A stretch of DNA of 64,000 bases from Mytilus californianus (Eukaryota), in NCBI RefSeq assembly GCF_021869535.1, contig NW_026262701.1:70184001-70248000 (forward strand). Direction: 5' to 3'. Position 1 is the stretch's first letter; each line of letters opens with the position of its first letter. Below the pieces are notes generated by a model. It made no database searches, was not told the DNA's origin, and saw only the letters and a list, made by a program, of their open reading frames with translations. Below, piece after piece: positions 45,761-56,702 of this stretch. A program made the translations under genes and the position numbers.

Positions 45761-47944
45761 CTTTAAAAAAAAATTTAAAAAAATTTAAACTATAGAAGAT
45801 GGAATGAAACAATTAGCAGTAAAAATAATCAGCAAGACCGAACAAGAAAAAAGTCAATTAAGTCAAAATTGTCAGTCCACTTCATAAAGCAGTTACTGCT
45901 TTTGAAAAATGATTTTTTGTTGTTGTGTTTTTGGCAAAAAATAAAAAATAAACAGACAAAATTATCAGCAATACAAGATCAACAACAAAAATATTTTAGT
46001 CATGCATTATATTATAGTATGCAATGATAGAAAGTGGTCATAGTCAAAGATGAACAAATATCCAGATGAACCTCTAGTTTCAATTTAATATAGTTGCGAG
46101 CGTTAAATTTTTTCAATTCAGTTCTGATATTCAATTGAGGAAAAATACCACACAGTCAAGTCACTTGCATTTAAATATAAGTGGTTATACATTGACTATG
46201 GGAAATTCTAAATACTCTGCCATGTGCTTTCAACATATATAGGGTTTTTATTTTATTAAATGATAGGACCTATTTCCAAATAACCCCAATAAATGGAAGT
46301 CATTCGTGTCTGCACTCTGGTGTGATCAATTCGAAAAAATCTACCATTAATAAACAGAGATAAACATATCTATCAAGTGGATTTTGTTGTGTCTTGTGTT
46401 TTGCTAAAAAAAATGTGATCATAACAGTAATGGAATAAATTTTTAATATGAGGGGCACAGTTCCCAAACTATCACAATAAAACAGCTCATGTGAGACTGA
46501 CTACAAGCAACATTTCAACAAAAAACTATCAAGATTTCATTATAATTTTCCACTAGTTGTGTTTCTCGACTATTAAGTTTAATATGTAGGACTCGAACTC
46601 AAAATCTTGGGTTTGCTTTCAATTTATTTAAATGATTGATAACCGGGTTCCATCTAAGTGGGAGACACTTCCCGACAATTGCATTTGCTCCTATACGTCT
46701 TCAATATTAAACTTGCAATCGTTCTTTGACTATCTTGAACCGATTAAGTACTGTATTTATCTATCCAAATATTGAGTTTTTGTAGAAAAATCCAAGACAG
46801 CATCTTACAAGAAAAAAGTTATGCTCTTGATTGAAATGAAATCTAGGACCTAAGAGCACTTCCATGCCCCCAAAAAACAAAATGGTTGATCCCTCAGATT
46901 TCTAAGGTATGCTCGTAACCAAAGACGCAAAATATATTTTGGATAATGTAAAAATAATAAGATCTGGAAAGATTGTCAATGAAACAACTGTTACACCGTA
47001 CGGCCTTCAACGATGAGCAAAACCCATACCACATAGCATAGCAAGCTGTAAAAGGCCCCGACATGACAAATGTAAAACAACTCAAACGATAGAACTAACG
47101 GCCTGTCATATACAAAACAATAAATGAAAAACAAACATAATAAACAGCAACAAACGACAACCACTGAATTTCAGGCTCCTGACTTGGGACATGCACATTA
47201 AGAATTTGGTGGCGTTAAACATGTTTGCGGGCGCCCAATTTCCAGCTAACCTGGGACAGTAGTGCAACAACACAACATAAGAACAAACTGTTAAAAATCA
47301 GTTGAAAAATGCTAAACTCATCAGAACGATAGAAAGCCCACTATTAACAACTAACAAAAAGATTTAAGACTTAAAGCCCCCCCCCCCCCCCCAAAAAAAA
47401 AGAAAAAAAAATAAAAAATTACAGAACTACCAACTATAGTATGACATCAATTTTGCCGCCAGAATATGCTGTACCTTTAGTAAAGGGGTACTAGTATAAA
47501 TGAAAAATATATAGAACTTACACTCAGAACAATTGACCAGACAAGAATGCCTCAGTCATCAATTGACTAAATAAAAAATCCTTTTATATATTTCATCATT
47601 TTATTTTTCGAATACGTCTTCGGATTAAAAACATGTTTTGGTCTTGTAAACTAAATAGAAAGAAATGTATAGCCTTGTTATTTTCATTAGATTTTATTTG
47701 TTCTGTTTGGTTTGGTTTGGGTTTTATTTGGAGGAGATTTGGGGTTGTATTCTTTGTCAAATACACACTGGTTATATCCCTCAAAAACGTCATAAAGGTT
47801 TACTTAGTCGAATATATACAATTTTTAATCAGTATGGAATCGAAGTACTCGTAACAAAAAACATATTCTTTATTGAATAATTTTTTTTGAAAAATAACAA
47901 AACAAAACAAAAACAGGTTATAATATCACAAGAAATAATGTCTT

Positions 47945-50108
47945 TTAACAACCACTTTGATCGGTCTTTGAAAAATGGTCTGTATTTATTCCAAAAGATT
48001 TGGCTTTAGCAAAAAGTTTGTCTACAATAGATTGTTCCAAAGTCCTCTGTCTACCTAATATCCACGCTGACTCTACATGTCCGAGTGGTCCAAGTAAAGA
48101 ACCACATGAGTAAATCAATGTATAGTTTTTATAATCAGTATCCAACACCCAGTAGTCTCCATATGGAGCACCTGCAATAAAATAAAAAAGCAATCATAAT
48201 TGTAATCTTCTATTGTATGTAAAAAGTAATGATTGAATATAAAAAGTAATCATTGTATGTAGAAAGCAATAATTGTATGTAAAAAGTAATCGTCTTTAGT
48301 AAAACATAATCATTGTATGTAAAAAGTAATCATTGTAAGTAATAAGTAATCACCGTAAGTAAAAGGTAATCAATGTATGTCAAAAGTAATCAGTGGATGT
48401 AAAAAGTAATCAGTGTATGTAAAAAGTAATCATTGTATGTAAAAAGCAATCAATGTAAGTTAAAAGTAATCATTGTATGTAAAAAGCAATAATTGCATGC
48501 AACAAATAATCATTGTATGTAGAAAGTAATCATTGTATATGGAAAGCAATTATTGTATGTAAATTGTAATCACTGTATGTAAAAGTAATCACTGTATGTA
48601 AAAAGTAATCAGTGTATGTAAAAGCAATAATAGTATGTAAAAAGTAATCATTGTATGTAAAAAGTAATCACTGTATGCAAAAATAATTGTATGTAAAAAG
48701 TAATCACTGTATGTTAAGCAATAATAGTATGTAAAAAATAATCATTGTATGTAAACAGTAATCATTGTATGTAAAAGCAATAATTGTATGTAAAAAGTAA
48801 TCATTGTATGTAAAAACTTTTAGTAGATACTTACTGTTACCAAACTTAACTTTCAGATTAGCAGGGCGGTTAGAGTCTGGCATATAAAGATCACCCAATG
48901 CTTCAACTTTGCTTCCAAATCTGCAAAAAAAGAAGATAGAAAACCGTAACAATAAAATAAACACCAGAACACAACCTATCACTAGCAATATCAACAATGT
49001 TTCAGAATCATTCCTCAGTGTGCTGCATTATTTATTTTCAAAATGTGTTTATTCTAGCCAAAAAACAGGGAGAGTTCTTCCGTTTTTTTGTTTGTTTACT
49101 CCTTTTTAAGTTCGTGAGAGAATTTGAGTTTCAAATTCTAAAACATTCTGGGAAGGCGTACACTAAACTTAATGATTAGTGAACAACTTCCTATCAATGA
49201 TGGTCAAATGAGGAACTATAATATTTAACGTTATATATACACGTAATTTTTATTTTAGTATACGAACAACAAAAGTATTTCAAGTTTTACAGGATAACAA
49301 AAAAAAAAGCACATTACTTTTTGTCTAAACCAACTATTCGGGCAAGATTTGTTTTAGGTTCATTATCGCTTCTTTGTTATTGTAAATATCCTTATGCGAC
49401 AATACCACTGATTATCATATATCATTGTTAAACTCACCTGGTACCAGAGTTTTCCACTTTGACATGGCCGTTATCCTTCAGTGTATAGTGGGCTTCTACA
49501 CATTTTTGTCCAACTTCAAAAATTGCCCAAAATTTGTATATTTCATACCAGTTTCCTAGGTACTGATAATATAAAAAAGAAAATAATAATCACACTTTGG
49601 TATTAAAAGTTTTCTTTTTTTTAAATTAACCTTGTAACAATGGTTTCCTGCAGATGTTCTCAAAAGTATAAATATGTGGAACTATTTTATATTTATCATA
49701 AATAACTGGTGAGTACTTTCTACAATGCTATCATTCGTTGTCCGATAATATAAAAGTCCATTCTCTGTCAAACAAACTTGAAACATACGTGTATTCTTAT
49801 TCACAGATCAAAGTTTGTTTAAATCTCAATCCACACCAAAACTTTATACAACAGCTATTCTAATTTTAAAGCGGCAAACTCGTAATCTCCAAAAATTGCG
49901 CAAGGTATATCTCACAATGTGAAAAGAAAGAAACGATAATGATAGCTGAGTTCTTGTTCAAATGAAAATAAGTATACTTAAAGAAAAAAAAACTTACTTG
50001 TGGTAAATCAAGCGTGGTTTGAGTAACAGCTTTTGGACATCCACCGGGTCTGACTATTTGAGCAGTAGTTGTCAACACGTAAACTAGAAAGACAAGAATC
50101 GACCACAT
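47945..50108 (-). CDS. APOD: Apolipoprotein D-like lipocalin 2, 182 aa; exons 50108-49998, 49562-49438, 48920-48835, 48171-47945
   Basis: Exon sizes identical to paralog 1 (111/125/86/227); YLGNWYEI, YWVLDTDY, AWILGR; four Cys. Confidence 0.93.
48195..48815. repeat. ~20-bp minisatellite (AAAAGTAATCATTGTATGTA) filling APOD-2 intron 3
   Basis: About 30 degenerate units. Confidence 0.95.
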
Positions 50109-50157
50109 TTTGGCGGGAGTATTTTGAGTTTGATATATCCACATGGTAAAAGCGTGC

Positions 50158-50206
50158 TTTTATACCATGCTTACCAAGCTTATCTTCTCACGTTGAATCC
50201 GACGTG
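50158..50206 (-). promoter_or_regulatory. APOD-2 promoter module: ACGTG, GATAAG and TATAAAA
   Basis: TATAAAA 50 nt upstream of the ATG. Confidence 0.65.
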
Positions 50207-52269
50207 GAATTATATGTAATTTTGATATAAAGATTGGAAATTTCTCTGTAGCTAAGAAATTGTTGTCAGTTTACTGACCAGGCAGTTCTCCGAATAGTTC
50301 GGGTCAAAATCTGGGCTAGAGAGACAGAATTTCAACTTTTACAGAGGCACGGTGCTATTCTTTACCCACGACGATGATTTGTAAGATCTAATGAGAATAA
50401 ATATTTGAAAAGTTAAAATAGAAAGTATACTGTGAGCAATCAATATTACAACAGATTAAAATGACCCATGCATGATTAACAGTCAAAATTGCACAATTGG
50501 GTAGTTTATAATGTGTTTTACGATTGATTATTTATGCTTTTAGTATATCAACTGCGATATCTATATGCCATATGCAAGTGCTGTTGGAATGTAACTGGTA
50601 CACAAAAAAATGAAGTGATTTCTTTTTTGTCGTTCGTAAGAACAAAACATGAATAAAGTAACAAATTTTAAGAGAAGTTTTCTTATCCTGAAAAAATGCT
50701 TGAAGGTGGTGTCATCATATACAGTGGTTTAAAGAAGCAGTTTATAATTTGAAGCAACTTTCGGCAGGATGTCAGCGGGTTCTAGACAGAACATTAATGG
50801 GGGACCAAGGCAACCGCCGTAACCCGGAAGCTAATCGTTTTAAAGATCTTGTAAATGTACTTAATATAAGCTCCCTGCATAAGTTACATTTTCAGCAAAT
50901 TACTTGCTTTTATGTTTATTTCTTTTTTTTTTACTTTTTTTTTCATTTTTGGGTTGTTTTTTTTTTTTAATATTTTTCTTTTTCTTTTTCTTAATACATT
51001 TGTTATCAAGAAATATAGCGCCACTGTACTGTACGGTGCACATAATTTTTTTCATTGATTAAATGTTTCAGCACCAATAAAATTTTACTAAGTATAATTG
51101 AAACTAATAATCAGTTTTATAGATTCTTGTTCAAAATTAAAAATTTGATTTTGGGATTTCAATACAAGGGAGGCTTCCGGTCCAGATTTTCCCCATTTTA
51201 CTTGATGCATTGCTATCATATCATGTCATTTGTTAGTAAAATTGTCTTTTAGAAATTCTATTACATGTAAAGCTTTTGACCGGGTTGAATCTTTTTTCCG
51301 TGAATTTTAGTTCAAAGTTACAAAATCGGATTGACACATTCACTCTTAACAAGGCGTCTGGTCAAATTTTTGGAAAATATGAATTTTAAAATAAACTTGT
51401 TACAGTACACTGTATTTATGCTTTGAAAATACGAATCAACTTTAAGTTTATGATGAGCCGTTCTAGATAAATGACATGTCAATCTAAATTTACACTCCCG
51501 CGTTTTAGACCCTCCAAAGTCCTGTGTATTGCATACTTTTCTAAAGTACATTAATCATATTTCTTCAACCTTACTCAAACAATTGTGAAAGAAGTTTTAC
51601 ATTATAAGGACCATGCTTACAAACCGTGTAATAAAAGTTTACAGTCAGTATTGTATCTACTGAGTAGTTCAGCAACGAAATAGCCACTTAATTTGCAGTT
51701 TCTAAGATGGGAAATTGCACTAAAAATTAGTTTGCAACCCTCAGTCAAAGTTGATCTTATAAAAATGAGGAGATGTGGTATTAATGATTGCCAATGAGAA
51801 AAAATCGATCAGAGAACAAAGGACGAAGATGCAGACAACTAAAGGTCACAGTATGGCCTCCAACAAAACCTATACCATATATTAATGCCCTGGCATGACA
51901 AATGTGAAACTATCCAACAGAGAACAACCAACGGCCTGATTTATGCTAAAAATAATAAACATACAAGAAAGATGAAAAAAAGCAACCAATATGAACCAAT
52001 GACAACCACTGTATTTCAGAATCCTGACTGTGAACAGGGACACAAAGAATGCGATGGTGTTAAAACATGTTTTGAGGCAATTAATCCTCGCCTAACTTCG
52101 GACTGCGGTGTAACAGCACAACATTAGAACGAACTGTAAAAGTCAGATCGACATGCACGAACCACAACAACACAAAATTAAAATAAGACGAAGATGTTGA
52201 GAGGTCGATTGTTACCCCCAACAATATCGTTTTTGTGTGTATATCACATTACATAAACTGCTTTATAAA

Positions 52270-53805
52270 TGAATAAGGTATTGACAATTCACTTGGAAAC
52301 TCAACATTTACCCCAACGACACTCACCATGGAGGAAATCATGGATAATCATAGGTCTGTGCTATGTTACTTTGGAATTTCAACCAAAGATGAAGAACTAG
52401 GTATTGGATACGTAAATTAAATAAGTGTCTTTACAAACGACTATATATTGCTTGGTCTTCCAAGTGCTCCACGAAACCTCTTTCTGAATTATTAACATCA
52501 ATTCTATCAGCAATAAAAGCCGGGCTTCAATGTTATTGTGAAACTTCATATTCTAGTGGTGACGTGAATCATATGTGGCTACTAAAAAGTTCCGAAGATG
52601 TTTTAGAGTAAAAACAATCTAAGACTCTTACATCATGCAAAGTATTAAAACATTCCACTTTTCTACACTTTACACAAGTATTCCCCATTCTAATCTAAAA
52701 GACAAATTAAAAGAGTTGGTCCTACTTAATTTCATAAAAAAAAATGGCCAACGTAGATACAATTATCTTGTCTTAGGGAGGGATAAATCGTACTTTGTAA
52801 AAAAATCACTCTGATTCAAACAAAAAAATTCTATGTAACTGACATTAAAAAGATGCTTGATTTCTTGATTGACAACATATATGTTACGTTTGGAGGACAT
52901 GTGTTTCAACAAACAATCGACATGGGAACCAACTGTGCTCCTCTTCTTGTCGAGTTGTTCCTTTATTCAAATGAGGCTGACTTCATACAGGAGCTTCGTA
53001 GGAACAAAGCAAAAAAGTAAGCAATATCCTTTAACTTCCTTTTCCACTGTATAGACATGATGTTCTCTGACTAAATAATTCAAAGTTTGGTGACTACGTT
53101 TCACGCATCTATTCCACCGAACTTGAGATAAAGGATACAACAGATACAAGTAAGTCTGTCTCATATCTTGACTTACATCTAGATATTGACAATGAGGATC
53201 GGTTGAAAACAAAACTTTACGACGAAAGAGATGATTTCAGTTTCCCAATTGTGAACTTTCCATTTCTATGTAGGAACATTCCAGCAGCGCCTGCACTCGG
53301 AGTATATATCTCCCAGTTGATACGATACTCCAGGGCTTGTATTTCCTATAATAATTTCCTTGATAGAGGGTTGCTGCTCACAAGGAAGCTATTAAACCAA
53401 GAGTTCCAATTGGTGAAGTTGAAATCATTCGTAAATTTTACGGACGTCATCACGAGTTTGTTGACCGTTATGGAATATCTGTTTCACAGATGATGACGGA
53501 CATGTTCCAATTGTCGTAACCACAATCCCGTCCTCTTTCCCCCGAATGTGACCTACCGAATTAGACTTTTCACCGGGTTTGTACTTACACGAGCAACACG
53601 ACGGATGCCACATGTGGAGCAGGATTCTGCCTACGCTTCCGGAGCACATGAGATCACCCCGGGTTTTTAGTGGGGTTCGTGTTGCTTAGTCTATAGTTTT
53701 CTATGTTGTGTTGTGTTTTGTGTACTGTTGTTTGTCTGTTGGTCTCTTTCTTTTTTAGCCATGGCGTTGTCAGTTTTTTTTCGACTTATGAGTTTGCATG
53801 TCCCT
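52270..53805 (+). mobile_element. Penelope-like retroelement, 5'-truncated and degenerate; same family as 12214-14075
   Basis: GTNCAPLL, LYDERDDFSFPIVNFPFLCRNIPAAPALGVYISQLIRYSRAC..RGLLLTRKLL (53203-53493), then the 3' UTR; many frameshifts. Confidence 0.85.
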
Positions 53806-54752
53806 TTATTTGGTGTCAGCCGTTTGTCTTATGGAAACCTTCAATCAAGTTCAGGTTGCTCATGATTATACAATAAGTACTCCAGAAATAGTGTCATGAT
53901 GTAATGAGGCCATAATGAGTCTCAATTCAAATCCCCAACCCTAAAATACAGGGTCCCTTAAAAGAGAACTTATACCAGATTAATGTTATAGAGTAACATT
54001 ACACAACCTTCATGAATTCCTTGAAAAATTATATAATTCTACAAAAAATATACATCCTTAGAAATGTTACATGTACCATGGTTGCTTGCATTTTATTTTT
54101 AAACAGTAATGGGTGCCATATTGATTAACTATTAAGTAATTTGATGAAATTTTAAAAGAACATGGGTTTCTTGGAAACATTATAAGTCTGACTCGGATTT
54201 GCTTGAAGTATTTTCAGAAATGATGTACAGAATTACAGAATATTGGACCTTATTTACCCTTGTCAATGTTACTCACGTTGTATATAATAGCAATGGTTAT
54301 TGTGAGGTTATATCCGTTTTCTCATTTGTCAAATCGCATTGTGAACGAACAAGGCGTAGTATTATGCTTACTATTTTGTCTGCAAGAAATCCTTCGATAA
54401 AAATGAAATTTTGCATTTGAGCTCGGTTCTCAAGTAAAAAATAATATACAAGAAAATTAATTGGTATCATTTTAGTATAGCAGCCTCTCACTGAAACCAG
54501 GCTCCTATAACTATAGCTTGACCTCATTGGTTTGGATATAGTTTTTCTGTTGTAATTTTCTATGTTTATAATCAATTTTAGTACAGCATGTGGTTTGGTT
54601 CTTGTTTCCTCCTTTATTCGAATATTATGTATAAGCATATTGTCATTTTAAGCTAAACCAATTGTTTATCAACTTCAGTCCGTTGGTATTTTTTGCGCGA
54701 TGTTACATGGGAAGATGTGTCCGTTGACCGAGGGAAATTAAGTGTAATACAT

Positions 54753-54890
54753 ATTGATTGATTGATTTGTTTTGGCGTTTTAACGCCAATTTCCATACTA
54801 TTGGTTATTTCGTGGCGGCCAGTATTTATGGGTGGAGGAAGTCGGAGTTTCCGGAGAGAACCATAGACCTTCGACAGAAAAACTGGCTAT
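54753..54890 (-). mobile_element. V-domain SINE 3' fragment with (CAAT)n tail
   Basis: Minus strand ggttctctccggaaactccgacttcctccaccc resembles the V-SINE core; tail aaatcaatcaatcaat. Confidence 0.55.
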
Positions 54891-55466
54891 CCGATGGTCT
54901 AAAAACTGTACAGTAAGTAGCCTACGTTTTTTGGTATATTGTTAGTTTGCTGTATATCAGTTAAAAATATCAACATAGATGCAATGAAAATTTTAAGAGC
55001 ATTGTTCAATTGAAAAATTTATTCATAGGAAGTTACCACATTCATTTGTATAAATGATCTTATGGGTATGGGTTTTGCTCATTGTTGAAGGTCATACGGT
55101 GACCTATAGTTGTTAACTTCTACGTCATTTGGTCTTTGGTGAAGAGTTGTCTCATTGGTAATCATACCACATCTTCCTATTTTTATATGATCCGGATCTT
55201 TAGATTTTATAAATCTACTTTATTTTATAGCTTGCCTTTTTTTGTAACAGCGAACCTTCAAAGTTTTAATTGCAATCAAAATCAATTCTTTGATACCTTG
55301 TAATTGTTTTGATGTAATTAATCATAACATGTACTAGAAACATCAACATGTGCTTTATCACATGCGCATGCGCGAGCATAAATGGCAGTGAAAATTTTCA
55401 AGAGAATAAATTTGGCGTAAAATATGAATTGCAAAGTGATTTCATCTTGGATTTATCAGTAGAGTA

Positions 55467-56702
55467 ATGCCGAGAAGTAGAAGAGGTAAACCAAATAAAC
55501 CAAATAAAAGAAAGAGACAAAATCTGTTCTCTGGAAGTTCTTCTTCAGATCAGTACAGTTCACCCGCCTTTTCAAACAAAGAAAAATGTCGACACAACAA
55601 CGAGCCAAAGGTACTGTTATCTAATACAATTAGTGAAGCCTTGTCATGTTTAAACGACAATAACAATTCACAACTTAACATTGATAATCAGCTCACCATG
55701 AATCAATCGATTAACCCAGGGTGTCAATACACAAGTACACCACAACAACCCAGTACACCTATTTCATACCAGCCGTTTCAACAGTTCCACCAATACCCGC
55801 AGTCACCTACCTTCCTACCCCCACCGCCTCTCCCACCAGTCTCGCCTGGATTTGAATCTCTGTTGCATGAAATAAACAAGAGACTTATAGGTGTAGAAAC
55901 AAAATTGACAAAACTAGACTCGATAGAACAACGAATAAGCACCTTTGATACGAAATTTAAAACTGTTGATGTAGAAGTCGCATCTTGTAAAGAAAGAATT
56001 GGTGTACTAGAACAAAGTGCTCAGTTTTTGTCAAATGTGCACGACGAGCACAAAGTATTAAAAAGTAGACTTGACAAGCTAACGAAAAACATTGAAACAA
56101 CCAAATCGGTAAATAATGATGTGAAAGATAGACTAGCTGGTGTAGAAATACAAAGTTTGAGACAAAATCTATTATTTTTTGCTATAGATGAAAAAAGTTC
56201 TAATACTGACATGGAAACCGACGGAAACGAAGTGGACGAAGCAACGGGGGGTGTAACGGGTGCAACGGGGGGTGTAACGGGTGCAACGGGGGGTGTAACG
56301 GGTAAAACAGAAAATAGACATTTAGATCATCAAACCAATAAAGACAATGAAAACTGTATTGATACCATACTGGATTTCTGTGAGAATACACTTAAAATTG
56401 AAAATGCAAAAACAGCAATAAAGATTGAAAGTGCGTTCCGTTTAGGAAAGTTGAAAAAAGAGGCAGTTAAACCGCGACCAATAGTCGTAAAATTTAAGAA
56501 CTTCTCAGACCGTGAAATGGTACGAAAAATGTCAAAGCGTTTGAAGGGTACCGGTTTCGGAATAAGTCAGCAATTCCCACCTGAAATTTTGGAGAAAAGG
56601 AAAAAACTGCTACCTGTGATGTTCCAGAAAAGAAAAGAAAAACTCTCAGCTTACTTAGTTGACGATAAATTATATGTCGATGGTAAATTATGGGAGAAAT
56701 AG
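55467..56702 (+). CDS. LINE ORF1p, 411 aa (basic N-terminus, Pro/Gln-rich region, coiled coil, RRM-like domain, C-terminal domain)
   Basis: Heptad-rich LHEINKRL..LDSIEQRI..; RQNLLFFAIDE; AFRLGK..PRPIVVKF; ISQQFPPEI..RKKL; AYLVDDKLYVDG. Confidence 0.85.
   Translation: MPRSRRGKPNKPNKRKRQNLFSGSSSSDQYSSPAFSNKEKCRHNNEPKVLLSNTISEALSCLNDNNNSQLNIDNQLTMNQSINPGCQYTSTPQQPSTPISYQPFQQFHQYPQSPTFLPPPPLPPVSPGFESLLHEINKRLIGVETKLTKLDSIEQRISTFDTKFKTVDVEVASCKERIGVLEQSAQFLSNVHDEHKVLKSRLDKLTKNIETTKSVNNDVKDRLAGVEIQSLRQNLLFFAIDEKSSNTDMETDGNEVDEATGGVTGATGGVTGATGGVTGKTENRHLDHQTNKDNENCIDTILDFCENTLKIENAKTAIKIESAFRLGKLKKEAVKPRPIVVKFKNFSDREMVRKMSKRLKGTGFGISQQFPPEILEKRKKLLPVMFQKRKEKLSAYLVDDKLYVDGKLWEK

Noticed and set aside
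46589-46598. GTTCGAGTCC (B-box) on - as a tRNA gene
   Set aside because: No A-box at a suitable distance and no cloverleaf; at most a SINE-head scrap.
48704-48997. 97-aa hydrophobic ORF, and similar ORFs 43667..43936 and 62868..63272
   Set aside because: These are lipocalin exons read with flanking intron/minisatellite, or off-frame.
55340-55400. Target-site duplication for the LINE
   Set aside because: Only a 5-bp tatca similarity in AT-rich DNA; the 5' end is not defined.
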